DNA from: an uncultured Pseudomonadota bacterium
GTDB lineage: Bacteria; Pseudomonadota; Gammaproteobacteria; Burkholderiales; SG8-39
Reading direction: 5' to 3'
DNA: 64,000 bases
NCBI GenBank assembly: GCA_963739205.1
Contig: CAVTZJ010000003.1
Coordinates: 205,902 to 269,901 of the forward strand
Below are positions 29,990 through 38,896 of the stretch, in pieces. Numbering within the stretch: position 1 is the stretch's first letter; every line of letters begins with the position of its first letter. The notes below the pieces were generated by a model. It saw nothing but the letters and a program-made list of their open reading frames with translations. It was not told the DNA's origin and searched no databases. Made by a program: the position numbers and the translations under genes.

Positions 29990-31076
29990 CCGCCGATCCG
30001 TCGGAGACGACGTGTACGTGATCGCCGAAGCCGGCGTCAACCACAACGGCTCGCTCGCGCTGGCACTACAACTGGTCGACGCTGCAGCCGATGCCGGCGC
30101 CGACGCGGTGAAGTTCCAGACCTTCCGCGCAGAGGATCTTGCGACCGCGCAGGCACCCAAGGCCGCTTACCAGGTGAAGACGACCGGGTCGCGCGAATCC
30201 CAGTTCCAGATGCTGAAGAAGCTGGAGCTCAGCCCCTCAGCGCACCGTACGCTGATCGCGCGATGCCAGCGTAGGGGCGTGGACTTCATCTCGTCACCGT
30301 TCGATGCCGCAAGCTTGCGGCTGCTGACCCACACGTTGCGGCTGCCGGTGCTCAAGATACCCTCCGGCGAGATCACGAACGGTCCGCTGCTCTTGCAGGC
30401 CGCTCGCAGCGGGCGGCGCATCATCCTGTCGACCGGCATGAGCGTGCTCGCCGAAATCGAGGCGGCGCTCGGCGTGCTCGCGTTCGGTCTGGTCGGCTCG
30501 AGGCAGGAACCCTCGCGCGCGCAATTCGCGCAGGCCTACCGGTCAGCCGCGGGCCAGCGCCGCCTGCGCGACAAGGTTGTGATCCTGCACTGCGTCACGG
30601 ACTACCCGGCGCGCTTCGAAGACGTGAACCTGCGCGCAATGGATACGCTGCGCACGGCATTCGGCCTGCCAGTGGGCCTCTCGGACCACACGCAAGGCAT
30701 TGCCATGCCGATCGCCGCCGCCGCGCGCGGCGCGCGCGTGATCGAGAAGCACCTCACCCTCGATCACGCCCTGCCCGGCCCGGACCACCGTGCTTCGCTC
30801 GAGCCGGGGGAATTCGCCGCGATGGTGGCGGGTGTGCGTCAGGTCGAAAGTGCGCTCGGCGACGGCCTCAAGCGCCCGACCGCCACCGAATTGCGCAATG
30901 CACGCACCGCGCGCAAGGCGCTCGTCGCGGCGCGCTCCATCGCGCGCGGGGAGCGCTACTCGTCACGCAATCTGACTGCAAAGCGTGCCGGCGGCGGCCG
31001 CTCGCCGCTCGACTACTGGGAACTCATCGGCAAGCCGGCGCAGCGCCGCCTGCGCAAGGACGAGCCCGTCGAATGA
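29982..31076 (+). CDS. neuB: Nonulosonate synthase (NeuB/LegI) with SAF domain
   Basis: IAEAGVNHNG, VKFQTF, KIPSGEITN, ILSTGM, LHCVTDYP, GLSDHT, IEKHLTLD, GPDHRASLEP. Confidence 0.95.
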   Translation: MRSRRSVGDDVYVIAEAGVNHNGSLALALQLVDAAADAGADAVKFQTFRAEDLATAQAPKAAYQVKTTGSRESQFQMLKKLELSPSAHRTLIARCQRRGVDFISSPFDAASLRLLTHTLRLPVLKIPSGEITNGPLLLQAARSGRRIILSTGMSVLAEIEAALGVLAFGLVGSRQEPSRAQFAQAYRSAAGQRRLRDKVVILHCVTDYPARFEDVNLRAMDTLRTAFGLPVGLSDHTQGIAMPIAAAARGARVIEKHLTLDHALPGPDHRASLEPGEFAAMVAGVRQVESALGDGLKRPTATELRNARTARKALVAARSIARGERYSSRNLTAKRAGGGRSPLDYWELIGKPAQRRLRKDEPVE

Positions 31077-31713
31077 GCACTATCCACGTGATCCTCATCG
31101 GCGCGGGCGGGCATGCGCGGGTACTGCTCGACGCCCGACGTCTTCGGGCGCGGCAATTCTCGGCCTCGTCGACAAAGATCCGGCTCTCGTCGGCCAGAAG
31201 GTTCTGGGATACGAAGTTCTGGGCGACGACGAAGTGGTGCGCAAGCACGCACCGGGCAGCGTAAGGCTGGTCAACGCCATTGGCTCCAATAAGACGATGG
31301 ACAAACGCTGGTCAGTCTATGAAGCCTGGCGGAAGGCCGGCTACACTTTTGCGAGCGTCCAGCATCCAAGCGCGATCGTGTCCCGGCACGCCACGGCGGC
31401 AGCGGGCGTTCAAGTCATGGCGGGCGCGGTGGTGCAGGCCTGCGCGAGCATCGGCGAGAACACGATCGTGAATACCGGCGCCACCGTGGACCACGATTGC
31501 GAGATCGGCGCGCACGTCCATCTGGCGCCCGGCGTCACGCTCTCGGGCAACGTCTGGGTCGGCGATGGCACGCATATCGGCACCGGGGCCGCCGTGATTC
31601 AGGGCAGGCGAATCGGCGCGCGCTGCACCGTCGCCGCCGGCGCGGTAGTGGTGAGCGACGTCGCGGATGGCACGACGGTGATGGGCGTACCGGCGGAGGA
31701 GGTGCGCAAGTGA
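31073..31713 (+). CDS. NeuD/PglD-type hexapeptide acetyltransferase, frameshift near 31136
   Basis: ILIGAGGHARV in one frame; VNAIGS, HPSAIVS, IVNTGATVDHDCEIG and hexapeptide repeats in the next. Confidence 0.88.
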
Positions 31714-32762
31714 AGAGTTGGCGACAGTTGCTGATTCCTCCAACGGCGTCAATCCGCGAGGCTATTTCGCGGATTGACGCTGGCAACGCCCAGATCGTTC
31801 TCGTTGCCGACGAGAATGGAACGCTAATGGGCACCATAACCGACGGCGATGTTCGGCGCGGAATTCTTAGAGGTTGCGCTCTCGATGACGCGTCGAGCCG
31901 CATTATGAATTCGCGTCCGCAAACAGCGCACGTCAATGAGTCACGCGAAGCAATCTTGCGAATTATGCGGGACAAGCAAATCCATCAGATCCCGCTGGTC
32001 GATTCCGACGGCAGAGTAGGCGGACTTGAAGTATTGGACGAACTGCTCAGACCGACGCTGAGACCAAATAGCGTGGTGCTTATGGCGGGAGGAATCGGTA
32101 GCCGGCTAAAGCCGCTAACGGATCAAACGCCGAAGCCGATGCTGCAAATTGGCAATAAACCGATACTCGAAACGATTATCGAGAACTTCGCGGAGTACGG
32201 CTTCAGAGAGTTCTACATAGCCGTGAATTACATGAGCGGGGTGGTGACCGACTATTTCGGGGACGGCTCGTCCTGGGGCATTCGCATCAAATACCTTAGG
32301 GAGGATCGGCAGCTCGGCACTGCAGGTGCGCTCAGCCTGCTGACACCGCCGCCCGAAAGCTCGGTCGTAGTCATGAATGGGGACATTCTCACAAAGGTGA
32401 ACTTCCACCATCTGCTGGAGTTTCACGAAGCGAACAACGCTGTCGCAACAATGTGCGTGCGACATCATGAATACCAGATTCCATATGGTGTCGTGTCCAT
32501 TGACGGCGACCGTATAGCAGGAATTCATGAAAAGCCGCGGCATTCTTGCTTAGTCAGTGCCGGCATCTACGTCCTCGAACCTGAGGCGCTCAGGTTCGTG
32601 GATGCCGGATCCAAGATGGACATGCCAACCCTATTCGAGAGACTTGTTCAATCTGGAAAGCGAACGGCTGCATTTCCGATACGCGAGTACTGGCTGGACA
32701 TCGGTCGACTTGAGGATTTTCAGCAGGCGGCGAGCGACTTTCAGCGAGAATTCAATGATTGA
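31710..32762 (+). CDS. CBS-domain nucleotidyltransferase (PtmE-like)
   Basis: GTITDGDVRRG (CBS), MAGGIGSRLKPLT..PKPML, LGTAGAL, VMNGDIL, YWLDIG. Confidence 0.93.
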   Translation: MKSWRQLLIPPTASIREAISRIDAGNAQIVLVADENGTLMGTITDGDVRRGILRGCALDDASSRIMNSRPQTAHVNESREAILRIMRDKQIHQIPLVDSDGRVGGLEVLDELLRPTLRPNSVVLMAGGIGSRLKPLTDQTPKPMLQIGNKPILETIIENFAEYGFREFYIAVNYMSGVVTDYFGDGSSWGIRIKYLREDRQLGTAGALSLLTPPPESSVVVMNGDILTKVNFHHLLEFHEANNAVATMCVRHHEYQIPYGVVSIDGDRIAGIHEKPRHSCLVSAGIYVLEPEALRFVDAGSKMDMPTLFERLVQSGKRTAAFPIREYWLDIGRLEDFQQAASDFQREFND

Positions 32763-33504
32763 TGGCAAGCGCGTAATTGCCGTGATCGCGGCCAGAGGCG
32801 GATCAAAAGGCCTTCCTCGCAAGAATGTAAGGATGGTCGGCGGGCGGCCATTGGTCGCTTGGCCAGTGCTCGCCGCCCGCGGATCAAGGATCGTAGACAG
32901 GGTGATTGTGTCCACCGACGACCCAGAAATTGCGGATGCAGCTCGTCAAGCTGGTGGCGAGTTGCCATTTATCCGCCCCGCCGAATTGTCGTCCGATACG
33001 GCTTCAAGCATGTCAGTGGTGCGGCACGCATTGGATGTGCTTGCAGCAGGTGGTGATGACTATGACTACGTAGTCTTGTTGGAACCCACGTCTCCGCTCA
33101 CTGAGCCAATCGACATCGAACGAGCGCTAACGATGCTCCATTCCTCACGAGCATCTGGGGACGCCGTAGTGGGGGTGGCTCGGGTACATGCCGCCCACCC
33201 TGAGTTCGATGTCCGGCTTGTTGAAGGTGGTCTTATTCGACCATATGCGGCTGGGAACTTCAGTTCATTGAAGCGGCGACAGGACATTGAGGAGCTGTAT
33301 TTCCTGGAGGGCAGTCTTTACTGCTCCGCAGTCGACGCCTTTTTCCGCCATGGAACCTTCTATCACGACCGAACCCTCGGCTACGTAGTCCCGCGGTGGA
33401 AGTCCTTTGAGGTAGACGAACTTCTAGATCTGATCTGTATTGAAGCAATCCTCTCTCGGCGAGAGGAACTGCGATCCGGCGAGAGCACTACCCAGACCTC
33501 GTAG
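32755..33504 (+). CDS. neuA: CMP-nonulosonate synthetase (NeuA/LegF/PtmB)
   Basis: IAARGGSKGLPRKN, VSTDDPEIA, RPAELSSD, LEPTSP, EGSLY. Confidence 0.93.
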   Translation: MIDGKRVIAVIAARGGSKGLPRKNVRMVGGRPLVAWPVLAARGSRIVDRVIVSTDDPEIADAARQAGGELPFIRPAELSSDTASSMSVVRHALDVLAAGGDDYDYVVLLEPTSPLTEPIDIERALTMLHSSRASGDAVVGVARVHAAHPEFDVRLVEGGLIRPYAAGNFSSLKRRQDIEELYFLEGSLYCSAVDAFFRHGTFYHDRTLGYVVPRWKSFEVDELLDLICIEAILSRREELRSGESTTQTS

Positions 33505-33544
33505 CTGATGCCCTCGGACTAAGGCCGAATGGCCGGGAGATGAG

Positions 33545-34735
33545 ATGAAGCGCTGTACAAAGTGTCTTGTGCCAGAGACCGTCGACACCATTTCTTTCGA
33601 CGAAAAGGGTGTCTGTAGCGTATGCCGCCAGGTCGAGATGAAACACGATCGAATCGACTGGATAGAGCGCAGAGGCCAACTCCACGCTCTCATTGACGAG
33701 TTTAGGGGCAAAGGGACGTATGACTGCATCTTGCCGTTTAGCGGCGGGAAGGACAGCACCTTCCAGCTTTGGTATGTCGTGACCCAGTTGGGTTTAAAGC
33801 CCTTGGTCGTGCGCTTCAATCACTGGGGATACCGGCCGTTAGTCGAAGAGAACAACACCAGGACCTTCAAGAAACTCGGCGTCGACGTTGTTGAATTCAC
33901 TCCCAACTGGCACGTGGTTCGCGAACTGATGCTTGAATCGCTTAGGCGCCGCGGCGATTTTTGTTGGCATTGCCATACGGGCATATACGCGGGTGTGATG
34001 CACATGGCGATTCGATTTCAGACTCCGTTGATTATTTGGGGCGAGTCTACGGCGGAGTATCACTCCTGGTACACGTTCGACGAGATGGAGGAAGTGGACG
34101 AGAAGCGCTTTAACCGGATGATGAATCTTGGCATGACGGCAGACGACATGTATGAGTTCTTGCAAGGCCGTGTGGCCAAGCGCGATCTTTGGATGTTTAC
34201 GTATCCGCCGCGCAAGGATTTGGCTCGCATCGGCTGTCGCTCAATCTGTCTCGGCAACTACATCAAATGGGATACAAAGAAGAACGTCGAAGTGATCCAG
34301 CGAGAACTCGAGTGGAAAGGACAGGCGACTGAAGGCGTACCACCAACGTATCCATACGAGAAGATCGAGTGCGCGTTTCAGGGCATGCGCGATTACGCAA
34401 AATTCGTGAAGCGCGGATACGGCCGAACAAACCACTTGGCGAGCATTGACATTAGGCACGACCGCCTGACCCGAGACGCCGGACTAGTGCTTGAGGCGGA
34501 GTACGACGGGAAGCGGCCGGCCTCCATGGAGTGGTTCCTAAAGATACTGGAGATCACCGAGGCTGAGTTCTATCAGATTCTCGAGAAGCACCAAGTGCAT
34601 CCGTGGAAATTCGATCCCAAAGTGGTCGTCACCGGGAAGCCTGTTCCAGACATGGCAAGCTGGGATAGTACGGAGGTAGATCGCTCTGTGGGCCCTCCCA
34701 AGGACAACGAGGGGAAGACCACGAAGTACATATGA
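33545..34735 (+). CDS. N-acetyl sugar amidotransferase, WbuX/PseA/PtmG/WbpG family
   Basis: CTKC..P, CSVC, YDCILPFSGGKDS (PP-loop), IIWGE, KRGYGR, DIRHDRLTRD. Confidence 0.92.
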   Translation: MKRCTKCLVPETVDTISFDEKGVCSVCRQVEMKHDRIDWIERRGQLHALIDEFRGKGTYDCILPFSGGKDSTFQLWYVVTQLGLKPLVVRFNHWGYRPLVEENNTRTFKKLGVDVVEFTPNWHVVRELMLESLRRRGDFCWHCHTGIYAGVMHMAIRFQTPLIIWGESTAEYHSWYTFDEMEEVDEKRFNRMMNLGMTADDMYEFLQGRVAKRDLWMFTYPPRKDLARIGCRSICLGNYIKWDTKKNVEVIQRELEWKGQATEGVPPTYPYEKIECAFQGMRDYAKFVKRGYGRTNHLASIDIRHDRLTRDAGLVLEAEYDGKRPASMEWFLKILEITEAEFYQILEKHQVHPWKFDPKVVVTGKPVPDMASWDSTEVDRSVGPPKDNEGKTTKYI

Positions 34736-35346
34736 TCGCGATTGTCGACTACGGAATGGGAAACATCCGCTCTCTCCATAACGCCCTGCAATTCCTAGGG
34801 TCCGATGTCGAGGTCACATCCAACCCAAGGGACCTACGGCGCGCAGCAAGAATCATTCTTCCTGGTGTGGGTGCATTCGGCGACGCAGTTGACGCGATCC
34901 GGGCGCGCGGACTCGACGAGAGTCTTGATGCTGAAGTCCGGCAACGAGGCAAACCCATGTTGGGCATTTGCCTGGGTATGCAGCTCTTAGCAATGTCGAG
35001 CACCGAACACGGGCTACACGTTGGCCTCGGCTGGTTCAATTCGCGAGTCGAACGCTTCGAGCTTCCCCCCACCTACAAGGTGCCGCATATCGGCTGGAAT
35101 GATATTGAACACCGCATCGACCCTTTGTTTACTGGACTCAGCGGGTCCGAGAAGAACTTCTACTTTGTGCACAGCTACTACATGCATTGCGACAACCCAG
35201 ATGACGTGATCGCGACGTGCGAGTACGGCGTGCGCTTCGCTGCCGCAATTAGATCGGAGAATATCGTCGCCACCCAATTCCACCCGGAGAAGAGCCAGGA
35301 CAACGGCATTCGCCTTCTACGGAACTTCATCGCCTGGAACCCCTAG
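34732..35346 (+). CDS. HisH-like glutaminase subunit (WbuY-type glycan-locus paralogue)
   Basis: DYGMGNI, ILPGVGAF, LGICLGMQ, YFVHSY, QFHPEKSQ. Confidence 0.92.
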   Translation: MIAIVDYGMGNIRSLHNALQFLGSDVEVTSNPRDLRRAARIILPGVGAFGDAVDAIRARGLDESLDAEVRQRGKPMLGICLGMQLLAMSSTEHGLHVGLGWFNSRVERFELPPTYKVPHIGWNDIEHRIDPLFTGLSGSEKNFYFVHSYYMHCDNPDDVIATCEYGVRFAAAIRSENIVATQFHPEKSQDNGIRLLRNFIAWNP

Positions 35347-35347
35347 T

Positions 35348-36124
35348 GTGCTGAAGAAGCGAATTATTCCGAAATTTCTTATAAAGGGCGGACGCCTTGT
35401 AAAGGGCGTGCGATTCCACGAAAACTTCCGTGAGGCGGGCAATCCCGTCTCCACCGCGAAAGTTTACGACGCATATGGTGTCGATGAACTGATCTTTCTC
35501 GATATCGAAGCCAGCGTCGAGAACAGACCAGTTGTCCACGACATCATCGAACGCGTGTCTGAGGAAGTCTTCATGCCCTTCACGGTCGGTGGTGGCGTAC
35601 GAACGCTGGAAGACATCAATCGACTGTTGCGTGCGGGTGCCGACAAGGTCTGCATCAACTCGGCGGCTGTCGAGCGGCCGAATTTGATTCGCGAGGGTGC
35701 AAACCGCTTTGGCGACCAATGCATTACGGTTGCGATCGACTACCGCGAAATCTCCCCCGGCGTGCGCCAGATTTTTTCTCACTGTGGGACCCGCGCCGCA
35801 CCGGTAGACCCACTCGAATGGGCGTTGCGCATGCAGGATGCTCACTGTGGCGAGATCATCATGTGCTCGATTGATCGCGATGGCACATTGTCAGGGTACG
35901 ACCTCGACCTGATAGCTTCCGCAGCCGAACGCTTGGAAGTACCCCTGATTGCCTCTAGTGGCGCCGGTTCCCTGCTCGACTGCCAAGATGCGCTCGAAGC
36001 CGGCGCTTCGGCGGTGACTATAAGCAGCATGTTTCTCTTCACGGACCATAGCCCCATCAAGGTCCGGTCCTACCTAGCGTCAAACGGTGTCAACGTACGC
36101 GCTCAACGCGGCAGCCACAGCTGA
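35348..36124 (+). CDS. HisF-like TIM-barrel subunit (WbuZ/HisF2-type glycan-locus paralogue)
   Basis: KRIIPKFL, LVKG, DELIFLDI, PFTVGGGV, GADKV, SIDRDGT, IASSGAG. Confidence 0.92.
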   Translation: MLKKRIIPKFLIKGGRLVKGVRFHENFREAGNPVSTAKVYDAYGVDELIFLDIEASVENRPVVHDIIERVSEEVFMPFTVGGGVRTLEDINRLLRAGADKVCINSAAVERPNLIREGANRFGDQCITVAIDYREISPGVRQIFSHCGTRAAPVDPLEWALRMQDAHCGEIIMCSIDRDGTLSGYDLDLIASAAERLEVPLIASSGAGSLLDCQDALEAGASAVTISSMFLFTDHSPIKVRSYLASNGVNVRAQRGSHS

Positions 36125-36798
36125 TGAGACGCGTCCGCACAAGTCTTACCGACGCTCAGCTGGCGAACTACGTTGTCCGTCAACTAAACGGCATATTTCC
36201 CGACGAGCGGCCCATCGCGCTAGATGCACTGCACACCGTCCTGCCCACCACGTTGGACCGCATCGAACATTGCTTTACCAAGATCAGCAATAAGTACTTC
36301 TTCGACGGGTCGCAGGCCGTTTTCAGTCACTTGCACGGCGACCAGTATGCGATGTTTCTGTACCTGCTGGCGAACACTGCACATCGTGCAGGGTTGTCGG
36401 ATGAGGTAGCGACGAAGGTTTACTTGCTCAACAAGGCCCTGCACGGAATAGATGCGTTCTACGAGGTGGAACTTCCCTCCATTTTCCTGTTCGTGCACCC
36501 AATTGCTACGGTATTGGGTCGGGGACGGTATTCCGACCATCTTGTTGTCTATCAACGCTGCGGAGTAGGAAGCAACCACGAAATCTATCCAGAATTGGGC
36601 GAGTTCTTGACGATGCATCCGGGAAGCGCCGTGCTCGGAAATTGTCGTATCGGGCGGAACTGCACGATTGCGACGGAGTCGCTCGTCCTGGATCGGGACC
36701 TGCGTGATGACACTGTCTACATCGGCAATCCTAAGAACTTCACGACCCACGAATTGCGAGCTCGGTTTGCTGCGTGGCGCGCGACTCCAAATGCATAG
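36124..36798 (+). CDS. Serine-acetyltransferase-like left-handed beta-helix acyltransferase
   Basis: Helical N-terminal region (HGDQYAMFLYLLAN), then FVHPIATVLG and GSAVLGNCRIGRNCTI hexapeptide repeats. Confidence 0.72.
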   Translation: MRRVRTSLTDAQLANYVVRQLNGIFPDERPIALDALHTVLPTTLDRIEHCFTKISNKYFFDGSQAVFSHLHGDQYAMFLYLLANTAHRAGLSDEVATKVYLLNKALHGIDAFYEVELPSIFLFVHPIATVLGRGRYSDHLVVYQRCGVGSNHEIYPELGEFLTMHPGSAVLGNCRIGRNCTIATESLVLDRDLRDDTVYIGNPKNFTTHELRARFAAWRATPNA

Positions 36799-36800
36799 CC

Positions 36801-38099
36801 ATGACGAAATCTTTTGACGCCCGACTTCAAGCAGTCATACCTGGTGGGGCCCACACATACTCGCGAGGCGCAGACCAGTTCCCGTCCAATGCCCCGCAGA
36901 TCCTGGCGCGCGGCAAAGGCGCCTACGTCTACGACGACCAGGGCCGGCGCTATCTCGATTACGGCATGGCGCTGCGCGCGGTCAACATCGGCTATGCCGA
37001 GGAGGAGATCGACGAGGCCGCGATCCGCGAAATCCGCAACGGCAACAACCTGACCCGGCCGTCGCTGATCGAGTTGCAGGCCGCAGAGCTGTTCACCGGC
37101 CTGATCGATTCGGCCGACATGGTGAAGTTCACCAAGAACGGCTCCACGTCGGTGTCCGCGGCGGTGAAGCTGGCGCGCGCATTCACCGGCCGGGATCTGG
37201 TGGCGCGCTGTGCCGAGCATCCGTTCTTCTCCTACGACGACTGGTTCATCGGCTCGACCCCGCTGACCCGGGGAATACCGCGCGCGGTGATCGAGCAAAC
37301 GCTGCAGTTCCGCTTCAACGACGCCGCATCGCTGCGTGCGCTGTTCGACCGGCACCCGGGCCAGATCGCCTGTGCAGTGCTCGAGGCGGCGACGAATGCG
37401 CACCCGGATCAGGGCTTCCTCCAGGAGGTGCAGGCGCTTTGCCGGCAGCATGGAGCGGTGCTGATCCTCGACGAGATGATCACGGGATTCCGCTGGCACC
37501 TGAAAGGCGCCCAGCACTACTACGGGTTGCGTCCGGACCTGTGCACCTTCGGCAAGGCCATGGCGAATGGCTTCTCGGTGTCCTGCGTCGCCGGGCGCCG
37601 GGACATCATGGAGCTCGGCGCCATCGAGCCCGCGGGCCGCGAGCGCATGTTCCTGCTGTCGACCACGCACGGGGCGGAAATGGCCGGCATGGGCGCGTTC
37701 GTCGCCACGGTCAAGTTCCTCCAGCGCGAGCCCGTCGTCGAGCATCTCTGGCGCTACGGGCAGCAGCTGATCGACCTGATCAACGGCGCCGCGCGCGAGT
37801 TCGGCGTCGAAGCGAGCCTCAGCGCAGCCGGCGTGCCCTGCTCGCCGCATTACGCGACCCTGGACCGCGCCGGCAACCCGTCGCTGGAGCTGCGCACGCT
37901 GTTCGGGCAGGAGATGGTGCGCCACGGCGTGCTGATGCCATGGATCGCGCTCAGCTACCGGCATGGCCCGGAGGAGCTCGAGCTCACGGGGCGCGCCCTG
38001 CGCGCGACCCTCGAGGTATACAGAAAGGCGCTCGATCAAGGGCCCCAGGCGTTCCTGCTGGGGCCGGCGATCAAGCCCGTGTTCCGGAAATTCAACTGA
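36801..38099 (+). CDS. Class III PLP aminotransferase, glutamate-1-semialdehyde aminomutase-like
   Basis: IPGGAHTYSRG, GKGAYVYD, KFTKNGS, DEMITGFR, TFGKAMANG (PLP Lys), STTHG. Glycan-locus context argues against hemL. Confidence 0.9.
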   Translation: MTKSFDARLQAVIPGGAHTYSRGADQFPSNAPQILARGKGAYVYDDQGRRYLDYGMALRAVNIGYAEEEIDEAAIREIRNGNNLTRPSLIELQAAELFTGLIDSADMVKFTKNGSTSVSAAVKLARAFTGRDLVARCAEHPFFSYDDWFIGSTPLTRGIPRAVIEQTLQFRFNDAASLRALFDRHPGQIACAVLEAATNAHPDQGFLQEVQALCRQHGAVLILDEMITGFRWHLKGAQHYYGLRPDLCTFGKAMANGFSVSCVAGRRDIMELGAIEPAGRERMFLLSTTHGAEMAGMGAFVATVKFLQREPVVEHLWRYGQQLIDLINGAAREFGVEASLSAAGVPCSPHYATLDRAGNPSLELRTLFGQEMVRHGVLMPWIALSYRHGPEELELTGRALRATLEVYRKALDQGPQAFLLGPAIKPVFRKFN

Positions 38100-38869
38100 T
38101 GCTGCGCGATAAAGTCGTTGTGATCACCGGCGGTGCCGGTCTGCTCGGGCGCAGTTTCTGCCGCGCCGTGCTGCAAAACGGCGCGAGCTGCCTGGTCGCG
38201 GACCTGGACGAAGAGCGTGGCACGCGAGCCGCCGCAGACCTCGGCGGCGAGTTCGGCGCGCAGCGCGCCGCCTATTGCCAGGTCGACATCAACGACCCCT
38301 CTTCAGTGGACGCATTGCTCGACACCGCCCGACAGCGCTTCGGCCGCATCGACGCGCTGGTCAACAACGCGTATCCGCGCAACGGCAACTACGGGCGCAA
38401 GTTCGAGGAGGTCACACGCGCGGATTTCTGCGACAACGTATCCCTGCACCTCGGCGGCTACTTTCTCGTGTCACAGAAGTTCATCGCGCGCTTCCGCGCC
38501 CAGGGGCACGGCAACATCGTGAACATGGCCTCGGTGTACGGCTTTCTCGCGCCGCGCTTCGAAATCTATCGCGGCACGACCATGACCATGCCGGTGGAGT
38601 ACGCCGTCATAAAGGCTGGGGTGCTGCAGCTTACGAAGTACTTGGCCCGCTATCTTGCGGGCGAAAACATTCGAGTTAATGCGATCAGTCCAGGTGGGGT
38701 CGCAGATGCGCAACCCGACTCCTTTCTAGCGGGCTATCGCTCGTTCTGCCTAAACAAGGGGATGCTAAGCGAGTGCGACATTTGTGGGGCACTCGTGTTT
38801 CTTCTCTCCGACCAATCACGCTACATGAACGGACAGAACATCGTGGTCGATGATGGGTTCAGCCTCTAG
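38099..38869 (+). CDS. SDR oxidoreductase, PtmA (flagellin modification protein A)-like
   Basis: VITGGAGLLG, LVNNAYPRN, NMASVYG, PVEYAVIKAG (YxxxK), NAISPGG, GQNIVVDDGFSL. Confidence 0.9.
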   Translation: MLRDKVVVITGGAGLLGRSFCRAVLQNGASCLVADLDEERGTRAAADLGGEFGAQRAAYCQVDINDPSSVDALLDTARQRFGRIDALVNNAYPRNGNYGRKFEEVTRADFCDNVSLHLGGYFLVSQKFIARFRAQGHGNIVNMASVYGFLAPRFEIYRGTTMTMPVEYAVIKAGVLQLTKYLARYLAGENIRVNAISPGGVADAQPDSFLAGYRSFCLNKGMLSECDICGALVFLLSDQSRYMNGQNIVVDDGFSL

Positions 38870-38896
38870 CTGGATCGAGACGAATCGCTTCTTCCA

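Noticed and set aside
34732-36124. hisH/hisF as histidine biosynthesis genes
   Set aside because: No other his genes nearby and they follow a WbuX-type amidotransferase, the known glycan-amidination arrangement.
36801-38099. hemL assignment
   Set aside because: GSA-like motifs are present, but the gene is coupled within a nonulosonate operon; treated as a sugar aminotransferase candidate.
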